A stretch of 64,000 nt of DNA, taken from NCBI GenBank assembly GCA_044892525.1, contig CM097885.1:39310001-39374000 (forward strand), given 5' to 3'. Shown here piece by piece: positions 48,916-63,441 of the stretch. Numbering within the stretch: position 1 is the first letter of the stretch; every line of letters starts with the position of its first letter. The notes under the pieces were generated by a model. That model ran no database searches, was not told where the DNA came from, and saw only the letters and a list, made by a program, of their open reading frames with translations. Source of the DNA: Schmidtea polychroa (lineage: Eukaryota). The position numbers and the translations under genes are program-made.

Positions 48916-49851
48916 ATGGTTAAAAAAGTTTGGAAAAGCGTTAATGTCGATTTTACGATAAAAAGCAACAATAACATAATTGAGAATTCGGAAATTAGCG
49001 AAAATAATACAACGATTACTGCTGAATTGAGAAAAGCTTTGCCAACAACAACACATGCCAATCGTCAACTTGAAGAAGTTAATAAACTACCAATCGATGG
49101 TCCATTTTATTTGGCATTTTCTAATCTGAATTTTGATGTTGATGAAGAGTGCATTAGAAATCTGTTTAAAGGTTTAGATTTGGTGGATATTTATTTCAAT
49201 CCGAGAAAGCGAGGAACTGGCAATATAGAATTCAGAAGTTTGGACAATTTGAAATCGGCGTTGGAATTTAATGGACAAGTTTTCGTCGGTAGAGCAATTA
49301 ATTTGACATTAATCACGGACATAGACAAAGAAAAGAAATTTAACACATTTCTAGATAAGAATGGTTGTTTTCACAAAGATGAAAAGAAATCTAAAGCAGA
49401 TGAATCTGAAAATTGGAGAAGTAAGAAAGTTGTTGAAAGGAAAGAAACAAAACCAAGTGATAGCGATAATTGGAGAGTAAAGAAAAATGTTGAAATGAAA
49501 GAAACCAAGCCAAGTAATAGTAATAATTGGAGAGTAAAGAAAACTATTGAAATGAAAGAAACTAAGCCAAGTGATAGCGATAATTGGAGAGTAAAGACAA
49601 ATGTTGAAATGAAAGTATTCAAACCGAGATATAACAATAATTGGAGAGAAAAGAAAAGTGTTGAAATGAAAGAAACAAAACCTAGTGATAGTGATAATTG
49701 GAGAATAAAGAAAGATGTTAAAGTAACAGAATCAAAAGACTGTAGCAGTGGAACACAGAGAATTACAAATATGCGTGATACCAAAACAGAAAATCTTCGA
49801 GAAAACAAAACAGCCGAAAAAGAAAATTCTTGGAGATTAGTTAAAAAATAA
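48916..49851 (+). CDS. eIF4B: eIF4B-like protein, tandem copy
   Basis: Intact 311-aa ORF; LRENK variant. Confidence 0.75.
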   Translation: MVKKVWKSVNVDFTIKSNNNIIENSEISENNTTITAELRKALPTTTHANRQLEEVNKLPIDGPFYLAFSNLNFDVDEECIRNLFKGLDLVDIYFNPRKRGTGNIEFRSLDNLKSALEFNGQVFVGRAINLTLITDIDKEKKFNTFLDKNGCFHKDEKKSKADESENWRSKKVVERKETKPSDSDNWRVKKNVEMKETKPSNSNNWRVKKTIEMKETKPSDSDNWRVKTNVEMKVFKPRYNNNWREKKSVEMKETKPSDSDNWRIKKDVKVTESKDCSSGTQRITNMRDTKTENLRENKTAEKENSWRLVKK

Positions 49852-52548
49852 ATTTTTCCTTTCTATATTTGTTTAATATTATGATTGTTGTTTTTTCTTT
49901 AGAGTGTTTAATATATTTATTTTTCAATGTAAAATGTTTGATATATATCTTTAATATTAAATTGTATTTTTATGATAGTAGTTTGTTTGCAAAACTGATA
50001 ATGAGAAAGTACATAAATCTCTATTTTATTTTTGTTATGATAGAACATTTTAAGGATACGTTTGAAATTATATTTATCAATAAAAATTAAAATTTCTAAG
50101 TTATTCTATTATTAAACAAAATTTATATTGTAATTAAAATCAATTTCATAATTTTAATAAAATAATAGACCTAGAAAATTTCGAAAGATAGGGAAATAGA
50201 ATGTAAGTAATTATATTTATTACTCATTATTTAGTCAACTTTCATGTTATAGATAATAGTTGACATATGTTTAGATAATTGGTTTTTATTTTTTCATTGA
50301 AAGGTCAGATTTGGTCTATGATTACCGTATGTGTGCGTGTGTAAGTAACTGAGTGATAAGGTTACTGTTACTTGACACCCAACAAAAAACATTTATGACG
50401 TCACTACACAGGTATGCAATATTGAGTATTATATATTTTTTACAATTAACAGTCAAACATATTAGTTTTGCAAATTGAATTCAACAAGCTAGGATTGATT
50501 GAATATTAAAAATATGTTGCAGTTGAAATCAGATTATGGTGAATATTTATAGGATGACTTTTATTATAGTATTTAATTTTATTCAAAACAATTTCTATTT
50601 TAACGCATAGATAAAATTCAAAAAACTTTGACAAATAACTATTATGTCATTGAATTAGTTTTCATAAAATATTATTATATATGAATATTAATAGACAATC
50701 TATGTATTATTTTATGAAAGTTAATTAATAGCAGCTTAAAAATACTCAAAGACCTTTCCTAATGTTATTGAACACCAATAAAACATCATTTATTCCATTT
50801 CAAAAATTAAATATTTTTACTCTTATTTGAAATAAACTCAATGGTAGTTTATTAAGTACGTGACATAGCATTTTATTTATTTCATTATAAAGCTCTTTTC
50901 GTTTCTTGAAACCTTGATAATTTATCTTAATATTTTGGCTTAATTTAATTAATTTCGATCTATCTTGACTCTTATTATCGGTAGATTTAACATTTGTCGA
51001 CATCAAAATAAAGTCAAAAGACAATCAAGAATCATTGAATTAAGAGAAATCTTTTTATATTTACTTTATATGATATTATTTTATTTGAATAAAGGAAATG
51101 CTTATAAGCTAAAATCATATTAGCTCATGATTCAATTTGTCCAAATTGCCAAATTGCGACCAACTAACGACTTATTGGACAGATAATTATATGATGATGA
51201 AATGTTGTCAAACTACTTCTGTATTTGATGATTTTGTAATATTTAGGTCTCACTATTTGAGAATCTCAACTCTACTGGTTTTTATATAAATATAAATAAA
51301 GAACACAGGTCTTTATATAAATGTTTATTTAAAATTTCAAAAATTACCAAATGAGAAATCGAAATTTGCAAAAATGATCTTCTAAAATTGTACCTTTCAC
51401 TGGATAATTACTAATTTATTTTCACTGCAAAATGCTAGCTAATTGTGTGGTTTTTTTATGTTGTGTAGTGCTTGTTGTGTTAATTTTAAATCAATTAAAT
51501 AAGGCTTCTGTAGAGAGTTTTTGTCTGGTCTGTGTTTAAATATTTACGAAGCATTAAACTTTGAAAACTCTTCTTGGAGCAAATATTTGGCGAATTAAAT
51601 GATTTTCTTCGCGCCTATTTATATCAACATTTTTCAATAAAAATAAAATATGATTATTTCCTGCTTATACGCACTGAATAGTAATATTAAATATTATATC
51701 TACATATTTTGTTCTTTATAGATTGCGTGCTATAATAAAGATATGTTTTTCTTAAATTATAATTATAATATAACATTAATTTTTTGAAATATAATAAATT
51801 TAATAGTAATTTTTCCTTGCGTTAAAATAAGTTAATTATAACGTAGAATAAAGATTATTGTACAGATAATTAGCATAACCTGATTAAATATAAAATAGTC
51901 AATTATATACAATATAGTCTCTACAAGATAGATTGGATTTGTGGGTCTTCTTTCTTATTAGACTTATTGCCTCGCTTCTGCATATACGTTGACCATTTAA
52001 CCTTTAGACTCTGTCTTATTATTATTTGTTAGGGACGAATGTGGTGATGTGCCTACTATCATCATCCAGCAATATAATCAGTACAAAGTTTTCACACTCC
52101 TACTCCGGCATTCATCTGTTTCATATATTTAAAGACTATTTCTCGCCTGATATCAGGACAGTACATGCCAAAATCTGTTAATGATTGAAGGAACTGTTTT
52201 AACTGGTATTGTGACTTCCTTACCCAAAAGTAAAATCAGGCGAAACTGGAAGAAAGTGAATGAGCTGGTAAATCTGCATTTGAATGTAAAATAAAATTGA
52301 AATAGTTAACTTATCAAGCATCATTGGGGCTTTATAAATGTTTAAGATCCATAAAATCATCTGCAAGTGGTATATTTCTTTGAGTAAGAATATTTGAAAG
52401 TGAAAGTCGAATCAGCAAATGTAAAATTTATTAAATATATATAAACCAATAAAATTAATTAAAATTCCAATAAATTTCAAAAGATTCGCTATGAATGTAT
52501 CCATATATTAAATAAACCAACTCCTATAAAACTAACAATATAATACAA

Positions 52549-53484
52549 ATGGTTAAAAAAGTTTGGAAAAGCGTTAATGTCGATTTTACGATAAAAAGCA
52601 ACAATAACATAATTGAGAATTCGGAAATTAGCGAAAATAATACAACGAATACTGCTGAATTGAGAAAAGCTTTGCCAACAACAACACATGCCAATCGTCA
52701 ACTTGAAGAAGTTAATAAACTACCAATCGATGGTCCATTTTATTTGGCATTTTCTAATCTGAATTTTGATGTTGATGAAGAGTGCATTAGAAATCTGTTT
52801 AAAGGTTTAGATTTGGTGGATATTTATTTCAATCCGAGAAAGCGAGGAACTGGCAATATAGAATTCAGAAGTTTGGACAATTTGAAATCGGCGTTGGAAT
52901 TTAATGGACAAGTTTTCGTCGGTAGAGCAATTAATTTGACATTAATCACGGACATAGACAAAGAAAAGAAATTTAACACATTTCTAGATAAGAATGGTTG
53001 TTTTCACAAAGATGAAAAGAAATCTAAAGCAGATGAATCTGAAAATTGGAGAAGTAAGAAAGTTGTTGAAAGGAAAGAAACAAAACCAAGTGATAGCGAT
53101 AATTGGAGAGTAAAGAAAAATGTTGAAATGAAAGAAACCAAGCCAAGTAATAGTAATAATTGGAGAGTAAAGAAAACTATTGAAATGAAAGAAACTAAGC
53201 CAAGTGATAGCGATAATTGGAGAGTAAAGACAAATGTTGAAATGAAAGTATTCAAACCGAGATATAACAATAATTGGAGAGAAAAGAAAAGTGTTGAAAT
53301 GAAAGAAACAAAACCTAGTGATAGTGATAATTGGAGAATAAAGAAAGATGTTAAAGTAACAGAATCAAAAGACTGTAGCAGTGGAACACAGAGAATTACA
53401 AATATGCGTGATACCAAAACAGAAAATCTTCGAAAAAACAAAACAGCCGAAAAAGAAAATTCTTGGAGATTAGTTAAAAAATAA
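52549..53484 (+). CDS. eIF4B: eIF4B-like protein, tandem copy
   Basis: Intact 311-aa ORF; TTNTAE variant. Confidence 0.75.
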   Translation: MVKKVWKSVNVDFTIKSNNNIIENSEISENNTTNTAELRKALPTTTHANRQLEEVNKLPIDGPFYLAFSNLNFDVDEECIRNLFKGLDLVDIYFNPRKRGTGNIEFRSLDNLKSALEFNGQVFVGRAINLTLITDIDKEKKFNTFLDKNGCFHKDEKKSKADESENWRSKKVVERKETKPSDSDNWRVKKNVEMKETKPSNSNNWRVKKTIEMKETKPSDSDNWRVKTNVEMKVFKPRYNNNWREKKSVEMKETKPSDSDNWRIKKDVKVTESKDCSSGTQRITNMRDTKTENLRKNKTAEKENSWRLVKK

Positions 53485-56179
53485 ATTTTTCCTTTCTATA
53501 TTTGTTTAATATTATGATTGTTGTTTTTTCTTTAGAGTGTTTAATATATTTATTTTTCAATGTAAAATGTTTGATATATATCTTTAATATTAAATTGTAT
53601 TTTTATGATAGTAGTTTGTTTGCAAAACTGATAATGAGAAAGTACATAAATCTCTATTTTATTTTTGTTATGATAGAACATTTTAAGGATACGTTTGAAA
53701 TTATATTTATCAATAAAAATTAAAATTTCTAAGTTATTCTATTATTAAACAAAATTTATATTGTAATTAAAATCAATTTCATAATTTTAATAAAATAATA
53801 GACCTAGAAAATTTCGAAAGATAGGGAAATAGAATGTAAGTAATTATATTTATTACTCATTATTTAGTCAACTTTCATGTTATAGATAATAGTTGACATA
53901 TGTTTAGATAATTGGTTTTTATTTTTTCATTGAAAGGTCAGATTTGGTCTATGATTACCGTATGTGTGCGTGTGTAAGTAACTGAGTGATAAGGTTACTG
54001 TTACTTGACACCCAACAAAAAACATTTATGACGTCACTACACAGGTATGCAATATTGAGTATTATATATTTTTTACAATTAACAGTCAAACATATTAGTT
54101 TTGCAAATTGAATTCAACAAGCTAGGATTGATTGAATATTAAAAATATGTTGCAGTTGAAATCAGATTATGGTGAATATTTATAGGATGACTTTTATTAT
54201 AGTATTTAATTTTATTCAAAACAATTTCTATTTTAACGCATAGATAAAATTCAAAAAACTTTGACAAATAACTATTATGTCATTGAATTAGTTTTCATAA
54301 AATATTATTATATATGAATATTAATAGACAATCTATGTATTATTTTATGAAAGTTAATTAATAGCAGCTTAAAAATACTCAAAGACCTTTCCTAATGTTA
54401 TTGAACACCAATAAAACATCATTTATTCCATTTCAAAAATTAAATATTTTTACTCTTATTTGAAATAAACTCAATGGTAGTTTATTAAGTACGTGACATA
54501 GCATTTAATTTATTTCATTATAAAGCTCTTTTCGTTTCTTGAAACCTTGATAATTTATCTTAATATTTTGGCTTAATTTAATAAATTTCGATCTATCTTG
54601 ACTCTTATTATCGGTAGATTTAACATTTGTCGACATCAAAATAAAGTCAAAAGAATCAAGAATCATTGAATTAAGAGAAATCTTTTTATATTTACTTTAT
54701 ATGATATTATTTTATTTGAATAAAGGAAATGCTTATAAGCTAAAATCATATTAGCTCATGATTCAATTTGTCCAAATTGCCAAATTGCGACCAACTAACG
54801 ACTTATTGGACAGATAATTATATGATGATGAAATGTTGTCAAACTACTTCTGTATTTGATGATTTTGTAATATTTAGGTCTCACTATTTGAGAATCTCAA
54901 CTCTACTGGTTTTTATATAAATATAAATAAAGAACACAGGTCTTTATATAAATGTTTATTTAAAATTTCAAAAATTACCAAATGAGAAATCGAAATTTGC
55001 AAAAATGATCTTCTAAAATTGTAACTTTCACTGGATAATTACTAATTTATTTTCACTGCAAAATGCTAGCTAATTGTGTGGTTTTTTTATGTTGTGTAGT
55101 GCTTGTTGTGTTAATTTTAAATCAATTAAATAAGGCTTCTGTAGAGAGTTTTTGTCTGGTCTGTGTTTAAATATTTACGAAGCATTAAACTTTGAAAACT
55201 CTTCTTGGAGCAAATATTTGGCGAATTAAATGATTTTCTTCGCGCCTATTTATATCAACATTTTTCAATAAAAATAAAATATGATTATTTCCTGCTTATA
55301 CGCACTGAATAGTAATATTAAATATTATATCTACATATTTTGTTCTTTATAGATTGCGTGCTATAATAAAGATATGTTTTTCTTAAATTATAATTATAAT
55401 ATAACATTAATTTTTTGAAATATAATAAATTTAATAGTAATTTTTCCTTGCGTTAAAATAAGTTAATTATAACGTAGAATAAAGATTATTGTACAGATAA
55501 TTAGCATAACCTGATTAAATATAAAATAGTCAATTATATACAATATAGTCTCTACAAGATAGATTGGATTTGTGGGTCTTCTTTCTTATTAGACTTATTG
55601 CCTCGCTTCTGCATATACGTTGACCATTTAACCTTTAGACTCTGTCTTATTATTATTTGTTAGGGACGAATGTGGTGATGTGCCTACTATCATCATCCAG
55701 CAATATAATCAGTACAAAGTTTTCACACTCCTACTCCGGCATTCATCTGTTTCATATATTTAAAGACTATTTCTCGCCTGATATCAGGACAGTACATGCC
55801 AAAATCTGTTAATGATTGAAGGAACTGTTTTAACTGGTATTGTGACTTCCTTACCCAAAAGTAAAATCAGGCGAAACTGGAAGAAAGTGAATGAGCTGGT
55901 AAATCTGCATTTGAATGTAAAATAAAATTGAAATAGTTAACTTATCAAGCATCATTGGGGCTTTATAAATGTTTAAGATCCATAAAATCATCTGCAAGTG
56001 GTATATTTCTTTGAGTAAGAATATTTGAAAGTGAAAGTCGAATCAGCAAATGTAAAATTTATTAAATATATATAAACCAATAAAATTAATTAAAATTCCA
56101 ATAAATTTCAAAAGATTCGCTATGAATGTATCCATATATTAAATAAACCAACTCCTATAAAACTAACAATATAATACAA

Positions 56180-57115
56180 ATGGTTAAAAAAGTTTGGAAA
56201 AGCGTTAATGTCGATTTTACGATAAAAAGCAACAATAACATAATTGAGAATTCGGAAATTAGCGAAAATAATACAACGATTACTGCTGAATTGAGAAAAG
56301 CTTTGCCAACAACAACACATGCCAATCGTCAACTTGAAGAAGTTAATAAACTACCAATCGATGGTCCATTTTATTTGGCATTTTCTAATCTGAATTTTGA
56401 TGTTGATGAAGAGTGCATTAGAAATCTGTTTAAAGGTTTAGATTTGGTGGATATTTATTTCAATCCGAGAAAGCGAGGAACTGGCAATATAGAATTCAGA
56501 AGTTTGGACAATTTGAAATCGGCGTTGGAATTTAATGGACAAGTTTTCGTCGGTAGAGCAATTAATTTGACATTAATCACGGACATAGACAAAGAAAAGA
56601 AATTTAACACATTTCTAGATAAGAATGGTTGTTTTCACAAAGATGAAAAGAAATCTAAAGCAGATGAATCTGAAAATTGGAGAAGTAAGAAAGTTGTTGA
56701 AAGGAAAGAAACAAAACCAAGTGATAGCGATAATTGGAGAGTAAAGAAAAATGTTGAAATGAAAGAAACCAAGCCAAGTAATAGTAATAATTGGAGAGTA
56801 AAGAAAACTATTGAAATGAAAGAAACTAAGCCAAGTGATAGCGATAATTGGAGAGTAAAGACAAATGTTGAAATGAAAGTATTCAAACCGAGATATAACA
56901 ATAATTGGAGAGAAAAGAAAAGTGTTGAAATGAAAGAAACAAAACCTAGTGATAGTGATAATTGGAGAATAAAGAAAGATGTTAAAGTAACAGAATCAAA
57001 AGACTGTAGCAGTGGAACACAGAGAATTACAAATATGCGTGATACCAAAACAGAAAATCTTCGAAAAAACAAAACAGCCGAAAAAGAAAATTCTTGGAGA
57101 TTAGTTAAAAAATAA
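56180..57115 (+). CDS. eIF4B: eIF4B-like protein, tandem copy
   Basis: Intact 311-aa ORF. Confidence 0.75.
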   Translation: MVKKVWKSVNVDFTIKSNNNIIENSEISENNTTITAELRKALPTTTHANRQLEEVNKLPIDGPFYLAFSNLNFDVDEECIRNLFKGLDLVDIYFNPRKRGTGNIEFRSLDNLKSALEFNGQVFVGRAINLTLITDIDKEKKFNTFLDKNGCFHKDEKKSKADESENWRSKKVVERKETKPSDSDNWRVKKNVEMKETKPSNSNNWRVKKTIEMKETKPSDSDNWRVKTNVEMKVFKPRYNNNWREKKSVEMKETKPSDSDNWRIKKDVKVTESKDCSSGTQRITNMRDTKTENLRKNKTAEKENSWRLVKK

Positions 57116-59810
57116 ATTTTTCCTTTCTATATTTGTTTAATATTATGATTGTTGTTTTTTCTTTAGAGTGTTTAATATATTTATTTTTCAATGTAAAATG
57201 TTTGATATATATCTTTAATATTAAATTGTATTTTTATGATAGTAGTTTGTTTGCAAAACTGATAATGAGAAAGTACATAAATCTCTATTTTATTTTTGTT
57301 ATGATAGAACATTTTAAGGATACGTTTGAAATTATATTTATCAATAAAAATTAAAATTTCTAAGTTATTCTATTATTAAACAAAATTTATATTGTAATTA
57401 AAATCAATTTCATAATTTTAATAAAATAATAGACCTAGAAAATTTCGAAAGATAGGGAAATAGAATGTAAGTAATTATATTTATTACTCATTATTTAGTC
57501 AACTTTCATGTTATAGATAATAGTTGACATATGTTTAGATAATTGGTTTTTATTTTTTCATTGAAAGGTCAGATTTGGTCTATGATTACCGTATGTGTGC
57601 GTGTGTAAGTAACTGAGTGATAAGGTTACTGTTACTTGACACCCAACAAAAAACATTTATGACGTCACTACACAGGTATGCAATATTGAGTATTATATAT
57701 TTTTTACAATTAACAGTCAAACATATTAGTTTTGCAAATTGAATTCAACAAGCTAGGATTGATTGAATATTAAAAATATGTTGCAGTTGAAATCAGATTA
57801 TGGTGAATATTTATAGGATGACTTTTATTATAGTATTTAATTTTATTCAAAACAATTTCTATTTTAACGCATAGATAAAATTCAAAAAACTTTGACAAAT
57901 AACTATTATGTCATTGAATTAGTTTTCATAAAATATTATTATATATGAATATTAATAGACAATCTATGTATTATTTTATGAAAGTTAATTAATAGCAGCT
58001 TAAAAATACTCAAAGACCTTTCCTAATGTTATTGAACACCAATAAAACATCATTTATTCCATTTCAAAAATTAAATATTTTTACTCTTATTTGAAATAAA
58101 CTCAATGGTAGTTTATTAAGTACGTGACATAGCATTTAATTTATTTCATTATAAAGCTCTTTTCGTTTCTTGAAACCTTGATAATTTATCTTAATATTTT
58201 GGCTTAATTTAATAAATTTCGATCTATCTTGACTCTTATTATCGGTAGATTTAACATTTGTCGACATCAAAATAAAGTCAAAAGAATCAAGAATCATTGA
58301 ATTAAGAGAAATCTTTTTATATTTACTTTATATGATATTATTTTATTTGAATAAAGGAAATGCTTATAAGCTAAAATCATATTAGCTCATGATTCAATTT
58401 GTCCAAATTGCCAAATTGCGACCAACTAACGACTTATTGGACAGATAATTATATGATGATGAAATGTTGTCAAACTACTTCTGTATTTGATGATTTTGTA
58501 ATATTTAGGTCTCACTATTTGAGAATCTCAACTCTACTGGTTTTTATATAAATATAAATAAAGAACACAGGTCTTTATATAAATGTTTATTTAAAATTTC
58601 AAAAATTACCAAATGAGAAATCGAAATTTGCAAAAATGATCTTCTAAAATTGTACCTTTCACTGGATAATTACTAATTTATTTTCACTGCAAAATGCTAG
58701 CTAATTGTGTGGTTTTTTTATGTTGTGTAGTGCTTGTTGTGTTAATTTTAAATCAATTAAATAAGGCTTCTGTAGAGAGTTTTTGTCTGGTCTGTGTTTA
58801 AATATTTACGAAGCATTAAACTTTGAAAACTCTTCTTGGAGCAAATATTTGGCGAATTAAATGATTTTCTTCGCGCCTATTTATATCAACATTTTTCAAT
58901 AAAAATAAAATATGATTATTTCCTGCTTATACGCACTGAATAGTAATATTAAATATTATATCTACATATTTTGTTCTTTATAGATTGCGTGCTATAATAA
59001 AGATATGTTTTTCTTAAATTATAATTATAATATAACATTAATTTTTTGAAATATAATAAATTTAATAGTAATTTTTCCTTGCGTTAAAATAAGTTAATTA
59101 TAACGTAGAATAAAGATTATTGTACAGATAATTAGCATAACCTGATTAAATATAAAATAGTCAATTATATACAATATAGTCTCTACAAGATAGATTGGAT
59201 TTGTGGGTCTTCTTTCTTATTAGACTTATTGCCTCGCTTCTGCATATACGTTGACCATTTAACCTTTAGACTCTGTCTTATTATTATTTGTTAGGGACGA
59301 ATGTGGTGATGTGCCTACTATCATCATCCAGCAATATAATCAGTACAAAGTTTTCACACTCCTACTCCGGCATTCATCTGTTTCATATATTTAAAGACTA
59401 TTTCTCGCCTGATATCAGGACAGTACATGCCAAAATCTGTTAATGATTGAAGGAACTGTTTTAACTGGTATTGTGACTTCCTTACCCAAAAGTAAAATCA
59501 GGCGAAACTGGAAGAAAGTGAATGAGCTGGTAAATCTGCATTTGAATGTAAAATAAAATTGAAATAGTTAACTTATCAAGCATCATTGGGGCTTTATAAA
59601 TGTTTAAGATCCATAAAATCATCTGCAAGTGGTATATTTCTTTGAGTAAGAATATTTGAAAGTGAAAGTCGAATCAGCAAATGTAAAATTTATTAAATAT
59701 ATATAAACCAATAAAATTAATTAAAATTCCAATAAATTTCAAAAGATTCGCTATGAATGTATCCATATATTAAATAAACCAACTCCTATAAAACTAACAA
59801 TATAATACAA

Positions 59811-60746
59811 ATGGTTAAAAAAGTTTGGAAAAGCGTTAATGTCGATTTTACGATAAAAAGCAACAATAACATAATTGAGAATTCGGAAATTAGCGAAAAT
59901 AATACAACGATTACTGCTGAATTGAGAAAAGCTTTGCCAACAACAACACATGCCAATCGTCAACTTGAAGAAGTTAATAAACTACCAATCGATGGTCCAT
60001 TTTATTTGGCATTTTCTAATCTGAATTTTGATGTTGATGAAGAGTGCATTAGAAATCTGTTTAAAGGTTTAGATTTGGTGGATATTTATTTCAATCTGAG
60101 AAAGCGAGGAACTGGCAATATAGAATTCAGAAGTTTGGACAATTTGAAATCGGCGTTGGAATTTAATGGACAAGTTTTCGTCGGTAGAGCAATTAATTTG
60201 ACATTAATCACGGACATAGACAAAGAAAAGAAATTTAACACATTTCTAGATAAGAATGGTTGTTTTCACAAAGATGAAAAGAAATCTAAAGCAGATGAAT
60301 CTGAAAATTGGAGAAGTAAGAAAGTTGTTGAAAGGAAAGAAACAAAACCAAGTGATAGCGATAATTGGAGAGTAAAGAAAAATGTTGAAATGAAAGAAAC
60401 CAAGCCAAGTAATAGTAATAATTGGAGAGTAAAGAAAACTATTGAAATGAAAGAAACTAAGCCAAGTGATAGCGATAATTGGAGAGTAAAGACAAATGTT
60501 GAAATGAAAGTATTCAAACCGAGATATAACAATAATTGGAGAGAAAAGAAAAGTGTTGAAATGAAAGAAACAAAACCTAGTGATAGTGATAATTGGAGAA
60601 TAAAGAAAGATGTTAAAGTAACAGAATCAAAAGACTGTAGCAGTGGAACACAGAGAATTACAAATATGCGTGATACCAAAACAGAAAATCTTCGAAAAAA
60701 CAAAACAGCCGAAAAAGAAAATTCTTGGAGATTAGTTAAAAAATAA
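59811..60746 (+). CDS. eIF4B: eIF4B-like protein, tandem copy
   Basis: Intact 311-aa ORF; FNLRK variant. Confidence 0.75.
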   Translation: MVKKVWKSVNVDFTIKSNNNIIENSEISENNTTITAELRKALPTTTHANRQLEEVNKLPIDGPFYLAFSNLNFDVDEECIRNLFKGLDLVDIYFNLRKRGTGNIEFRSLDNLKSALEFNGQVFVGRAINLTLITDIDKEKKFNTFLDKNGCFHKDEKKSKADESENWRSKKVVERKETKPSDSDNWRVKKNVEMKETKPSNSNNWRVKKTIEMKETKPSDSDNWRVKTNVEMKVFKPRYNNNWREKKSVEMKETKPSDSDNWRIKKDVKVTESKDCSSGTQRITNMRDTKTENLRKNKTAEKENSWRLVKK

Positions 60747-63441
60747 ATTTTTCCTTTCTATATTTGTTTAATATTATGATTGTTGTTTTTTCTTTAGAGT
60801 GTTTAATATATTTATTTTTCAATGTAAAATGTTTGATATATATCTTTAATATTAAATTGTATTTTTATGATAGTAGTTTGTTTGCAAAACTGATAATGAG
60901 AAAGTACATAAATCTCTATTTTATTTTTGTTATGATAGAACATTTTAAGGATACGTTTGAAATTATATTTATCAATAAAAATTAAAATTTCTAAGTTATT
61001 CTATTATTAAACAAAATTTATATTGTAATTAAAATCAATTTCATAATTTTAATAAAATAATAGACCTAGAAAATTTCGAAAGATAGGGAAATAGAATGTA
61101 AGTAATTATATTTATTACTCATTATTTAGTCAACTTTCATGTTATAGATAATAGTTGACATATGTTTAGATAATTGGTTTTTATTTTTTCATTGAAAGGT
61201 CAGATTTGGTCTATGATTACCGTATGTGTGCGTGTGTAAGTAACTGAGTGATAAGGTTACTGTTACTTGACACCCAACAAAAAACATTTATGACGTCACT
61301 ACACAGGTATGCAATATTGAGTATTATATATTTTTTACAATTAACAGTCAAACATATTAGTTTTGCAAATTGAATTCAACAAGCTAGGATTGATTGAATA
61401 TTAAAAATATGTTGCAGTTGAAATCAGATTATGGTGAATATTTATAGGATGACTTTTATTATAGTATTTAATTTTATTCAAAACAATTTCTATTTTAACG
61501 CATAGATAAAATTCAAAAAACTTTGACAAATAACTATTATGTCATTGAATTAGTTTTCATAAAATATTATTATATATGAATATTAATAGACAATCTATGT
61601 ATTATTTTATGAAAGTTAATTAATAGCAGCTTAAAAATACTCAAAGACCTTTCCTAATGTTATTGAACACCAATAAAACATCATTTATTCCATTTCAAAA
61701 ATTAAATATTTTTACTCTTATTTGAAATAAACTCAATGGTAGTTTATTAAGTACGTGACATAGCATTTAATTTATTTCATTATAAAGCTCTTTTCGTTTC
61801 TTGAAACCTTGATAATTTATCTTAATATTTTGGCTTAATTTAATAAATTTCGATCTATCTTGACTCTTATTATCGGTAGATTTAACATTTGTCGACATCA
61901 AAATAAAGTCAAAAGAATCAAGAATCATTGAATTAAGAGAAATCTTTTTATATTTACTTTATATGATATTATTTTATTTGAATAAAGGAAATGCTTATAA
62001 GCTAAAATCATATTAGCTCATGATTCAATTTGTCCAAATTGCCAAATTGCGACCAACTAACGACTTATTGGACAGATAATTATATGATGATGAAATGTTG
62101 TCAAACTACTTCTGTATTTGATGATTTTGTAATATTTAGGTCTCACTATTTGAGAATCTCAACTCTACTGGTTTTTATATAAATATAAATAAAGAACACA
62201 GGTCTTTATATAAATGTTTATTTAAAATTTCAAAAATTACCAAATGAGAAATCGAAATTTGCAAAAATGATCTTCTAAAATTGTAACTTTCACTGGATAA
62301 TTACTAATTTATTTTCACTGCAAAATGCTAGCTAATTGTGTGGTTTTTTTATGTTGTGTAGTGCTTGTTGTGTTAATTTTAAATCAATTAAATAAGGCTT
62401 CTGTAGAGAGTTTTTGTCTGGTCTGTGTTTAAATATTTACGAAGCATTAAACTTTGAAAACTCTTCTTGGAGCAAATATTTGGCGAATTAAATGATTTTC
62501 TTCGCGCCTATTTATATCAACATTTTTCAATAAAAATAAAATATGATTATTTCCTGCTTATACGCACTGAATAGTAATATTAAATATTATATCTACATAT
62601 TTTGTTCTTTATAGATTGCGTGCTATAATAAAGATATGTTTTTCTTAAATTATAATTATAATATAACATTAATTTTTTGAAATATAATAAATTTAATAGT
62701 AATTTTTCCTTGCGTTAAAATAAGTTAATTATAACGTAGAATAAAGATTATTGTACAGATAATTAGCATAACCTGATTAAATATAAAATAGTCAATTATA
62801 TACAATATAGTCTCTACAAGATAGATTGGATTTGTGGGTCTTCTTTCTTATTAGACTTATTGCCTCGCTTCTGCATATACGTTGACCATTTAACCTTTAG
62901 ACTCTGTCTTATTATTATTTGTTAGGGACGAATGTGGTGATGTGCCTACTATCATCATCCAGCAATATAATCAGTACAAAGTTTTCACACTCCTACTCCG
63001 GCATTCATCTGTTTCATATATTTAAAGACTATTTCTCGCCTGATATCAGGACAGTACATGCCAAAATCTGTTAATGATTGAAGGAACTGTTTTAACTGGT
63101 ATTGTGACTTCCTTACCCAAAAGTAAAATCAGGCGAAACTGGAAGAAAGTGAATGAGCTGGTAAATCTGCATTTGAATGTAAAATAAAATTGAAATAGTT
63201 AACTTATCAAGCATCATTGGGGCTTTATAAATGTTTAAGATCCATAAAATCATCTGCAAGTGGTATATTTCTTTGAGTAAGAATATTTGAAAGTGAAAGT
63301 CGAATCAGCAAATGTAAAATTTATTAAATATATATAAACCAATAAAATTAATTAAAATTCCAATAAATTTCAAAAGATTCGCTATGAATGTATCCATATA
63401 TTAAATAAACCAACTCCTATAAAACTAACAATATAATACAA

